A DNA stretch of 64,000 nucleotides, from positions 7,063 to 71,062 of the forward strand of contig CAVQVZ010000009.1 of the NCBI GenBank assembly GCA_963717335.1, read 5' to 3'. Shown here one piece after another: positions 27,725-34,459 of the stretch. Numbering within the stretch: the stretch's first letter is position 1; every line of letters begins with the position of its first letter. The notes under the pieces were generated by a model that was not told the DNA's origin, ran no database searches, and was given only the letters and a program-made list of their open reading frames with translations. The translations under genes were made by a program, and so were the position numbers. The DNA is from an uncultured Gammaproteobacteria bacterium (lineage in GTDB: Bacteria; Pseudomonadota; Gammaproteobacteria; Steroidobacterales; Steroidobacteraceae).

Positions 27725-28186
27725 TCACTTGAGGTCTCTCTTCATTACTAGACCAAAACCGAATCGCATTTGCTTCTCGCCCAGTATCTCGAACCCACAC
27801 TTCTTGTAGAAGCCCTCAGCGTGGGGATTACCCATAACGTGGATTGATTGTGCTCCGCTGGCCTTTGCCTCGACAGCACAGCGCTCGACCAGCGCGGAAC
27901 CAATGCCACGTCCCCAAACTTCCGGTTCAACGAACAATGCGTCCAGCTCAGCATCACCGTCATTACGAGGCACAATAGCGGCCCATCCCTTCAGGGAACT
28001 CGTTACCTCCGCCACGAACACGCCACCCAGTTCAATTTGTCCGCGCGGAAGTTCCACCGCGTCCGGATTCGCAATCAGCGCGGCCCGATCATCGGGATTG
28101 TTGAGAGAGGCGCGCCATTGAAGCGCTTCCAAGGATTCCCGCTCTGCCGCCACCGCGAGCCGAATCTTTACCTGTGCCACCGCCAT
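27725..28186 (-). CDS. GNAT family N-acetyltransferase
   Basis: ORF 27725..28225 trimmed to MAVAQVKIRL...; ...LFVEPEVWGRGIGSALVERCAVEAKASG... motif. Confidence 0.85.
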   Translation of the reverse strand: MAVAQVKIRLAVAAERESLEALQWRASLNNPDDRAALIANPDAVELPRGQIELGGVFVAEVTSSLKGWAAIVPRNDGDAELDALFVEPEVWGRGIGSALVERCAVEAKASGAQSIHVMGNPHAEGFYKKCGFEILGEKQMRFGFGLVMKRDLK

Positions 28187-28195
28187 AAGGAGAGG

Positions 28196-28282
28196 CCTAA
28201 CGCTCCGCGTGAGCGCCGCGGGCACCCACGCTTGAGCTCGGCAGTTTATGGTTCACGCGCGCGCTCGATGCGGTGGTTAGAC
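28196..28282 (-). repeat. attC-23 (family 1)
   Basis: cctaacgctccgcgtgagcgccgcgggcac...gctcgatgcggtggttaga. Confidence 0.9.
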
Positions 28283-28291
28283 CGCTCCAAA

Positions 28292-28816
28292 TTACCTGAT
28301 AAGAGAGTCCAAATAACGTGGATCGAGACCTGCATCTCGATAGTACTTCCGACAGAGTTCGAGAGCCGTGAATCCGTCTTCGTAGGCGGCCAGCCCGCCT
28401 CCCGCCGGCTTGTCCAAATAGATAAGGGCTCCTTCAACTGCAAAGAAGATCAACGCGGGCTCCGGAGAGTCTTCGGTTATCACGAGCGTATGAGCTTCTC
28501 CAGCCGGCTCATAGATGAAAGTGCCAGGCTTAGCGATCCAGTCGTGTTCGAGGTACCGCCAGTGACCTGCGATCGTGTAGCCGCGCACAGTGCCGACGTG
28601 GTAGTGAACGCCCAGCTGCGCACCGGGCAAGCCCTTCAGTAGGGTGCTGAAGCCCCCTGAAGTGACGTTGAAGCAACACGGCTGTATCCACACGCCTTCG
28701 GCATAAGGTACCCACCGACGCTGGTCGTCAACATCGATGTTCGCGACAAAGTGACCGCGATTTCTCTGAGACGCATCGAGACCATCCGTGAAGTTACTGA
28801 ATGCGGTGATCGGCAT
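28292..28816 (-). CDS. cupin, 2,4'-dihydroxyacetophenone-dioxygenase-like
   Basis: ORF 28292..28912 trimmed to MPITAFSNF...; ...GVHYHVGTVRGYTIAGHWRYLEHDW...YEPAGEAHTL... Confidence 0.6.
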   Translation of the reverse strand: MPITAFSNFTDGLDASQRNRGHFVANIDVDDQRRWVPYAEGVWIQPCCFNVTSGGFSTLLKGLPGAQLGVHYHVGTVRGYTIAGHWRYLEHDWIAKPGTFIYEPAGEAHTLVITEDSPEPALIFFAVEGALIYLDKPAGGGLAAYEDGFTALELCRKYYRDAGLDPRYLDSLIR

Positions 28817-28897
28817 GATGTGGCTCCTGATCTTTAGGAACAATGTGGTGAGGCCATTCTTCGCGAGGCCGATTTGTACGCCATAATTCCGGAGTGG

Positions 28898-28984
28898 TCT
28901 AACGCTCCGCATGAGCGCCGCGGGAACTCACGCTTGCGCTTGGTAGTTTATGGTTCAAACGCGTGCTCCATGCGGTTGTCAGGC
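28898..28984 (-). repeat. attC-24 (family 1)
   Basis: tctaacgctccgcatgagcgccgcgggaac...gctccatgcggttgtcagg. R'' TAAC>TGAC. Confidence 0.8.
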
Positions 28985-28985
28985 G

Positions 28986-29360
28986 TCATTGGGTGGAATG
29001 CATTCCTGTCACACGAACCAGCACTCGCGCCCACAGACCCGCCAATGGCAATCCAATAATTATCCCCAGTGAAGCGAAGAGCAGCCGGCCCTTCGCAGAG
29101 CATCGCCAAGGTGCACTCGGTGAGAGATGAGCGGCGCAGTTCGTCATGCCGAAAATGTAACCGACTGTAATTGTTACGGCCGGAACGAGTATGACTACAC
29201 TCACAATCAAAGCGAACACAAGCAACACCGGGTGTCTTCCACGCGCCGGGATAAGGGGCGACGCTAAGTTTCCGTCCGCGCGGCTGAATCGGCGTGACAC
29301 GTAGAGCCAGTACAACGCTACCGCGACCCAGAAGGTGACTATGGCGGCGAATTGAATCAT
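28986..29360 (-). CDS. membrane protein, unknown function
   Basis: ORF 28986..29402 trimmed to MIQFAAIVTFW...; four hydrophobic helices. Confidence 0.5.
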   Translation of the reverse strand: MIQFAAIVTFWVAVALYWLYVSRRFSRADGNLASPLIPARGRHPVLLVFALIVSVVILVPAVTITVGYIFGMTNCAAHLSPSAPWRCSAKGRLLFASLGIIIGLPLAGLWARVLVRVTGMHSTQ

Positions 29361-29364
29361 GACG

Positions 29365-29451
29365 ACTAACGCCTGAGCTGAGCGCGCCGCTCGTAAGCGC
29401 ACTGAAAGAGCACCTGTCCGTTCACGGCTGCGCTCCAGCGATTTGTTAGGC
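29365..29451 (-). repeat. attC-25 (family 3)
   Basis: actaacgcctgagctgagcgcgccgctcgtaagcgc...tcacggctgcgctccagcgatttgttagg. Confidence 0.85.
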
Positions 29452-29504
29452 GGCTCGCGCTGCCCGTCAACAGAACTGTCACGACATGAGCCCGACGCTC
29501 TCGG

Positions 29505-30212
29505 TCATTCCCGATTACACGCGCCGGGTGATTTCCAGGCGGAAGCGGTCCCTCTTTCCTGATTCGAATCATGGATTACGAGGGCAAACGCCCGCCGAAG
29601 TGCCGTACCTGTCACGTTTAGTTGCATTGGAATATTGGGTGGTACTGTCATTACCTCTCCGGTTCGAGCCATGCTAGTGCCAGCCGGTGTCTCCAGACAC
29701 TGCTCTCCCGCCAACACATACCAGCCTTCAGGGCCCGGGTGTGTATGCACCCTCGATTTATCGCCCGGACGCATGACAGCATATGAGAGAACCGCACTAT
29801 ACTTCTTGGCTAAAGGAAGCTGCAGTGGGCCGATTACTGCGATCACTTCGCCCCCACGCGGAGGGTCGTTCTTGGGGCCAAATTCAGAGAGCCACACTCG
29901 TCCATCTTCCTCCACAACAAGTCCCGTCGCGCTCTTAGCCGCATCTGCCGCTCTTTTGCTCTCAAACGTGCTGAGATGCCAGAAAACGGTCGGTTGGCTG
30001 AATTGGAGTCCCGCAACCGTTCCGACGTTGAAGCAGCCAAATTCGGGCCGCGTCTCGCCCGCCGACACGTCCACGCACGCCACTTCAGTCAAGGGCTCGT
30101 CGGCAGTGGTGCTGGGCACCTGAGCTTCCTGGTTCACGGCCGTCCCGACTTGCAAAGTCAGGAGCGACGATAAGACCATCCCGACGGTGACAATGATTAG
30201 AGTTTTCATCAT
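29505..30212 (-). CDS. secreted cupin domain protein
   Basis: 235-aa ORF with a signal peptide; ...RVHTHPGPEGWYVLAGEQCLETPAG... Confidence 0.7.
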   Translation of the reverse strand: MMKTLIIVTVGMVLSSLLTLQVGTAVNQEAQVPSTTADEPLTEVACVDVSAGETRPEFGCFNVGTVAGLQFSQPTVFWHLSTFESKRAADAAKSATGLVVEEDGRVWLSEFGPKNDPPRGGEVIAVIGPLQLPLAKKYSAVLSYAVMRPGDKSRVHTHPGPEGWYVLAGEQCLETPAGTSMARTGEVMTVPPNIPMQLNVTGTALRRAFALVIHDSNQERGTASAWKSPGACNRE

Positions 30213-30264
30213 GTCCGAGCCTCCGAAGGACGTTCGTACGCGCGATTTTGACTAATCAACGCCG

Positions 30265-30351
30265 CCTAACGCTCCGCATCAGCGCCGCAGGCACTCACGC
30301 TTGAGCTTGGTAGTTTATGGTTCACGCGTGCGCTCCATGCGGTTGTTAGGC
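30265..30351 (-). repeat. attC-26 (family 1)
   Basis: cctaacgctccgcatcagcgccgcaggcac...gctccatgcggttgttagg. Confidence 0.9.
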
Positions 30352-30356
30352 GTCAT

Positions 30357-30767
30357 TTAGGATCGTATGTGACCTAATGAGACCATCATCACAATTATCC
30401 ACCCGATTGCGGTGCCCCAAAAAACACGGACTGCCCATCTAAGATTGTCGGGCGTGCGATAAGCGCGTGCTAGCTCCGGGGCTCTTGCGTATCCACCAAA
30501 TCGCCTATGCACCCATATTGATATAGAGAGGCTCAAAATAATTAGGAACGTAACGGCCCGACTGCCGCCATTTATCCAGGCCAAAAGGTATGCAGGAAAT
30601 AAGACGGAGCCCGCTATTAGGACTACAGCACCAATCAACAGCAATAGCATTGTACTAATCTGAATCTCTGCGTCGGTACAGGCACTCTCCGGCTCACTGC
30701 GACTGGAGCGAGATAAATTCTTCGCATATAACCGAAGAAAAAGAGCGTCAACGGTGCGATTTAACAC
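30357..30767 (-). CDS. membrane protein, unknown function
   Basis: 136-aa ORF (GTG) with 3-4 TM helices. Confidence 0.5.
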   Translation of the reverse strand: MLNRTVDALFLRLYAKNLSRSSRSEPESACTDAEIQISTMLLLLIGAVVLIAGSVLFPAYLLAWINGGSRAVTFLIILSLSISIWVHRRFGGYARAPELARAYRTPDNLRWAVRVFWGTAIGWIIVMMVSLGHIRS

Positions 30768-30810
30768 AACGGGAAGGTGCTCGATTTGAGTAGAAATGCA
30801 CGGGATGACA

Positions 30811-30932
30811 CCTAACGCTTAAGTTGAGCGGCCCCAAGGCTGCCGCGTCCAGGCGCCGAGCGCCCACAATTGATCCCGCGCGCGAGGCGCATGTTCGGTG
30901 CTTTCATGGGCCGCTCGAACGCACTGTTAGGC
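30811..30932 (-). repeat. attC-27 (family 4, about 122 bp)
   Basis: cctaacgcttaagttgagcggcc...gggccgctcgaacgcactgttagg. Confidence 0.85.
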
Positions 30933-30933
30933 C

Positions 30934-31305
30934 TCATTTGGGCGTGCCGCGCATGAGCACCCAGCATCCTTTGCCGAGGAATGCACCACCAATTACTGCT
31001 GCGACTAGAGATGGTCCGAAAACGGCAATTGCCCCTAGCCCGGTGTCGGGAACGCGGTGCGCAAGAAAATATACCCAAATTATTGAGCCTCCGAATGCGG
31101 TGAGCGCCAAAGCACACCAACGAAGGGCAGAAGCAAGTGAAAAGTCACGCATATCATGTGGATCGGCCCGGGCCGAGGCGCCGCCCAGCCATACAACGCA
31201 ACCACCAATAACCACCGTGGCGAGCCCCTGGGTGGGGGCGACCCAAAGCGCTACAAGGCACACTGCAATGTACGCGATCCCCAAGATCTGCCACCAGCGA
31301 TTCAT
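30934..31305 (-). CDS. membrane protein, unknown function
   Basis: 123-aa ORF with four TM helices. Confidence 0.55.
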   Translation of the reverse strand: MNRWWQILGIAYIAVCLVALWVAPTQGLATVVIGGCVVWLGGASARADPHDMRDFSLASALRWCALALTAFGGSIIWVYFLAHRVPDTGLGAIAVFGPSLVAAVIGGAFLGKGCWVLMRGTPK

Positions 31306-31313
31306 TAATGAGG

Positions 31314-31399
31314 CCTAACGTTCCGCATGAGGGCCGCGGGCACTCATGCCTGAGCTTGGCAGTTTATGGTTCACGCGGCGCTCGACGCGGTAGTTAGAG
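31314..31399 (-). repeat. attC-28 (family 1)
   Basis: cctaacgttccgcatgagggccgcgggcac...gctcgacgcggtagttaga. Confidence 0.9.
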
Positions 31400-31803
31400 G
31401 GGAGCTTTCCCACCGCCCACGTCACAAGCGGTAAAGTCCCAATAAGCTTGAGTTGATCGAGCATGGTGACTACCTGATGTCGCACCGGGCTTTGCGCGAA
31501 TCCGGAGAAGGCCGAGTGTAGGTCTAAAAGAACTCCGAGGCAGGTCATGGCCAGTGCGACCGCGACGCCATGTCGCCCGTAGAGGAGTCGAAGTACGCAG
31601 GCAAAGGGTACCGACACAAGAAACACGGCCAGAGCATGGTGGAGAGACAGCCAAACTAGAATAGCGTGAACTCGGGACGAGAACATAGCATCCCACCACG
31701 GAGGGTCGAGTATTCCAATCGGAGAGGCAATGCCATAGACGAGCGAGATCTCATACAGCTCGAAGAGCACCAACGCCGCTATGATTAGAAGGGCAGTTCG
31801 CAT
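31315..31803 (-). CDS. membrane protein whose ORF runs through its whole attC
   Basis: 162-aa ORF. The last 28 or so codons (...NYRVERRVNHKLPSSGMSARGPHAER-stop) are encoded by attC-28, and the TAG lies in its R' box. Confidence 0.5.
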   Translation of the reverse strand: MRTALLIIAALVLFELYEISLVYGIASPIGILDPPWWDAMFSSRVHAILVWLSLHHALAVFLVSVPFACVLRLLYGRHGVAVALAMTCLGVLLDLHSAFSGFAQSPVRHQVVTMLDQLKLIGTLPLVTWAVGKLPSNYRVERRVNHKLPSSGMSARGPHAER

Positions 31804-31814
31804 GGGTGCTCCCC

Positions 31815-31900
31815 TCTAACGCTCCGCATGAGCGTCGCGGGCAATCACGCAAGAGCTTGGCACTTTATGGCTCACGCGGCGCTCGATGCGGTTGTTAGTG
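31815..31900 (-). repeat. attC-29 (family 1)
   Basis: tctaacgctccgcatgagcgtcgcgggcaa...gctcgatgcggttgttagt. Confidence 0.9.
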
Positions 31901-32149
31901 GACCAGCCTGTCGTAGTCTGCATGTGAGCCGATCCAGAACCAAACAATGCCGTCTTCCATTTCCTTACCGAGAACTCGGTATTGGTTTCCGACTCGCGCC
32001 GACCACAATGAACCCACCTTCTTGAAGTGCAGTGACGGATGGCGAGAGTCACTCTTGAGCAGTGCGAATTGCTTATCCGCTGCGGCTCGGATCTCAGCGG
32101 GCATGGATTGGTAGAGCGCCCAGAACTTGGCCGACGCGACATGCTTCAA
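31895..32149 (-). CDS. RelE/ParE-superfamily type II toxin
   Basis: 84-aa ORF; ...FALLKSDSRHPSLHFKKVGSLWSARVGNQYRVLG...IVWFWIGSHADYDRLV... The TTG start overlaps the antitoxin stop (TTGA). Its own stop lies in R'' of attC-29. Confidence 0.7.
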   Translation of the reverse strand: MKHVASAKFWALYQSMPAEIRAAADKQFALLKSDSRHPSLHFKKVGSLWSARVGNQYRVLGKEMEDGIVWFWIGSHADYDRLVH

Positions 32150-32346
32150 AGAGGTCGTGTCCGCCCTGCGGTGTAATCGGCCTGTGCCTCGGAGCTAAGC
32201 TTATCGAGTTTGCCGGATCGGGAGTCAGCCTCAATCTGGGCGTCCCAGCCCTTCCAATCTTGGTCCAGCATCCAATCCCGCAGCTCCGAAAATTCGTGCG
32301 CGGAGAGCTCACGGATCTGCTGTTCAATATGTTCAATCTTGCGCAT
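32146..32346 (-). CDS. type II antitoxin partner
   Basis: ORF 32146..32355 trimmed to MRKIEHIEQQIRELSAHEFSELRDWMLDQDWKGWDAQIEAD... A small acidic helical protein directly upstream of, and overlapping, the toxin gene. Confidence 0.6.
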   Translation of the reverse strand: MRKIEHIEQQIRELSAHEFSELRDWMLDQDWKGWDAQIEADSRSGKLDKLSSEAQADYTAGRTRPL

Positions 32347-32364
32347 GGCCGACACCTCTCAAGC

Positions 32365-32392
32365 AGTATACCGCGGAGCCCAATGCACCCAA
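32365..32392 (-). promoter_or_regulatory. candidate cassette-internal sigma70 promoter of the TA pair
   Basis: The minus strand reads TTGGGT-N16-TATACT, followed by GAGAGG 8 nt before ATG 32346. Confidence 0.4.
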
Positions 32393-32414
32393 AAACGCTC
32401 GTACTATGGGGTCC

Positions 32415-32501
32415 GCTAACGCTCCGCATGAGCGCCGCGGGCACTCACGCTTGAGCTTCGTAGTTTATGGTTCACGCGAGCACTAGATGCGGTTGTTAGG
32501 C
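32415..32501 (-). repeat. attC-30 (family 1)
   Basis: gctaacgctccgcatgagcgccgcgggcac...gcactagatgcggttgttagg. Confidence 0.9.
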
Positions 32502-32945
32502 GCCATATCGGCTCGTGCACCATGGCTCCCAGATACCACTTTCCTTCTTCAATATCGACATAGATGGTTTGCCATTCAAGAAGGAAATCAAAGCTCGCGA
32601 CAGCTCATCACTGGGAGTTGCCTCCGGACCAAAATTAAACGCTAGGGCGAATGAGCCTTGCGCCCGGGAGTCAACTTTCGAGCTGAAATTCAACGTTACC
32701 GTTTCATAGCGAACCCCTCGGATGGGGCTACATCCCTGAAACGAAAGGTGATACTTCCTTCCGAGCACGCTGAGGTCAATTGTGTCGACAACCCCGGATA
32801 TTAATAGGAATTCGGCGCTATCGTTTGAGGCGACAGTGACAGTGATGGTAACGGCGCCTGCTTCCGTCGGAGCAGGACCTATGGTTCCAAATGCCTGCGA
32901 GGCCAGAAGCAGCGCGGACATTAGAAAAAAGGAGCGATAAGGCAT
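32496..32945 (-). CDS. secreted hypothetical protein
   Basis: 149-aa ORF with a signal peptide (MPYRSFFLMSALLLASQAFG). Confidence 0.55.
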   Translation of the reverse strand: MPYRSFFLMSALLLASQAFGTIGPAPTEAGAVTITVTVASNDSAEFLLISGVVDTIDLSVLGRKYHLSFQGCSPIRGVRYETVTLNFSSKVDSRAQGSFALAFNFGPEATPSDELSRALISFLNGKPSMSILKKESGIWEPWCTSRYGA

Positions 32946-32950
32946 TGGCG

Positions 32951-33037
32951 CCTAACGCTCCGCATGAGCGCCGCCGGCACTCAGGCTTGAGCTTGGTAGT
33001 TTATTGGTCACGCGTGCGCTCGATGCGGTTGTTAGAA
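32951..33037 (-). repeat. attC-31 (family 1)
   Basis: cctaacgctccgcatgagcgccgccggcac...gctcgatgcggttgttaga. Confidence 0.9.
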
Positions 33038-33041
33038 GCCA

Positions 33042-33338
33042 CTACTTACACCATTGCTGTTCGCAAGGCACGCCGTCGTGATCCCCGTCCATCTTCACCC
33101 CAGGACAGGTCTTCAGAAAGTACCTCGCTTCGGTGCAGGAGGTCATCTGGGAGCAGAGCACGCGGCCATCGCACCTAAAGGCAGGCGCGTTTTGCGTGGC
33201 CTCAAACAGCGAGTTGACGTGTGGGGCGGCCTGACTCGCCGCCGGTGATTGTCCGCTGAGCTGCGAACGGGCGACGTAGATCTCGTAGCCTCTCCAAGCC
33301 AGGACGCCCACGATCAGAACAATGATGATTTGGCGCAT
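33042..33338 (-). CDS. excalibur calcium-binding domain protein
   Basis: 98-aa ORF with an N-terminal TM helix and C-terminal ...CTEARYFLKTCPGVKMDGDHDGVPCEQQWC... Confidence 0.75.
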   Translation of the reverse strand: MRQIIIVLIVGVLAWRGYEIYVARSQLSGQSPAASQAAPHVNSLFEATQNAPAFRCDGRVLCSQMTSCTEARYFLKTCPGVKMDGDHDGVPCEQQWCK

Positions 33339-33362
33339 TCAGGGCGATGGGGCTGCGTGGCT

Positions 33363-33448
33363 GCTAACGCTCCGCATGAGCGCCGCGCGCACTCACGCTT
33401 GAGCTTGGCACTTTATGTTCACGCGAGCGCTCCATGCGGTTGTTAGAC
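33363..33448 (-). repeat. attC-32 (family 1)
   Basis: gctaacgctccgcatgagcgccgcgcgcac...gctccatgcggttgttaga. Confidence 0.9.
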
Positions 33449-33754
33449 AGCAGGACCCGAATCCTTGCGGATACGGGTCCAGTCCAGATACGCGCTTAGG
33501 GCTGGCCACTGTGCGATTCTATTCCGTAGTGCATTGCGCTCTGCGATCAGCCAACCTGCAATTAGCGCGGCCCCGGCGATGATGCCTGGGTGAAACCCAT
33601 AAACAACGCCAAATACAGCGACAATTAAGAATACGCATCCCATTTCCACCAGGACGATCTCGAGACGGCGAGCGTGCTTTAGTCCATCTGCAGATTGGAG
33701 CTGTATCCAGCGGGCGAGCACTAGGCGGGTAGACGCTGGGATGACCTCAGTCAT
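33443..33754 (-). CDS. membrane protein, unknown function
   Basis: 103-aa ORF with two TM helices. The stop lies in R'' of attC-32. Confidence 0.55.
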   Translation of the reverse strand: MTEVIPASTRLVLARWIQLQSADGLKHARRLEIVLVEMGCVFLIVAVFGVVYGFHPGIIAGAALIAGWLIAERNALRNRIAQWPALSAYLDWTRIRKDSGPAV

Positions 33755-33758
33755 GCTG

Positions 33759-33859
33759 TCTAACGCTTGAGCTCAGGCGCGCCGAGCGAGCGCAGCGAAC
33801 GAGGGAACCTCGGCATGCGAAGCGAATGCCGGGGCGCGCGCTGGAGCGAGTTGTTAGGC
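33759..33859 (-). repeat. attC-33 (family 2)
   Basis: tctaacgcttgagctcaggcgcgccgagcgagcgcagcgaacgaggg...atgccggggcgcgcgctggagcgagttgttagg. Confidence 0.85.
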
Positions 33860-33869
33860 GTAGATTTAT

Positions 33870-34293
33870 TCAATGCACCGTGTACCTGTTATCCAGCGCA
33901 CGAAGCGATTCCACATGCCGGGAAGTAAGCTCTGCTAAGAGCATCGCCGATTCCATCGGGTATATGCGAGCCGTACTCGACCTGTTTGTTTTGCCGCTGG
34001 GAAAGCCGCGTCGAGTACGTGGTCACGATAGCGATATCCACGATTGTTCCATGGATCTGACACGACCAAGAACCAGGGTGTCGTTCGCTACCTTCGACAA
34101 GAGCCGCTGGTATATTTGATCGTGCGCGGCGTTGACCCGAGCGAGATGCGCCGAAGCGCACACGTTCATGCCCTTCTGATCCTTCGCAACTTTAAAACAG
34201 GCATCAGTTGCTGCTTTGTCTGTGGCGGAAGGCGCAGCCCCCATAACCGGTAAAGTAACAACTGCCAATAGGCAGAAAGAGCGCTGGCCGCAT
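33870..34293 (-). pseudogene. first cassette: DUF1311/LprI-like secreted protein with several frame breaks
   Basis: My own translation gives MRPALFLP (ATG 34293), then [57 protein letters not shown]...EQSWI (ORF 34023..34268), then YRDHVLDAAFPAAKQTG, EYGSHIPDG and MESAMLLAELTSRHVESLRAL-stop in changing frames. Confidence 0.45.
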
Positions 34294-34300
34294 AAATCTA

Positions 34301-34320
34301 CGCCTAACTACTAATAGGCG
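34301..34320 (-). other. attI core / first-cassette junction
   Basis: This is the last GTTAGG box (plus-strand cctaac 34303-34308) before intI, and it has no partner R'' arm. It is embedded in the palindrome cgcctaACTACTAAtaggcg. Confidence 0.6.
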
Positions 34321-34324
34321 ACCG

Positions 34325-34350
34325 AAGTGGCGCCTTATAAAGCGCCACTT
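34325..34350. promoter_or_regulatory. perfect 9-bp inverted repeat aagtggcgc-N8-gcgccactt between attI core and intI
   Basis: Read directly. There is no T-tract on either side, so it is not a typical intrinsic terminator; it is a candidate protein-binding site. Confidence 0.3.
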
Positions 34351-34459
34351 TGGGCGTATAACATGGTTGGGAATTTGTAACCACTTGCGCTTACTACAGC
34401 ACTGTCTAATTAGGGCGTCAACTGTATCCTCTGCATTATGCAACCTGTTCTTTTCTTCC
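34351..34459. promoter_or_regulatory. intI-attI intergenic region expected to carry divergent Pint and Pc promoters
   Basis: Assigned by position only. The best minus-strand candidate is weak: TTGACG (plus-strand cgtcaa 34416-34421)-N17-TGTAGT. Confidence 0.25.

Noticed and set aside
17394-32444. Many ORFs share the N-terminus MPAALMRSVR (for example 17394..17639, 19936..20268, 27725..28225, 32094..32444), suggesting a conserved leader peptide.
   Set aside because: The peptide is simply the translation of the conserved attC arm, from a GTG inside the repeat. The real starts are the ATG/GTG codons just after the R' box. The ORFs were trimmed accordingly.
17610-33859. Regularly spaced repeats could be taken for a CRISPR array.
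   Set aside because: The repeats are 80-122 bp imperfect palindromes of several families. The 'spacers' are 300-700 bp and contain ORFs with start and stop codons positioned at the repeat ends. An integron integrase, not cas genes, flanks the array.
34351-34459. A LexA (SOS) box controlling intI.
   Set aside because: No CTGT-N8-ACAG match is visible. CTGTATCCTCTGCATT and ACAGCACTGT are only partial. LexA motifs differ between lineages, so the question is left open rather than called.
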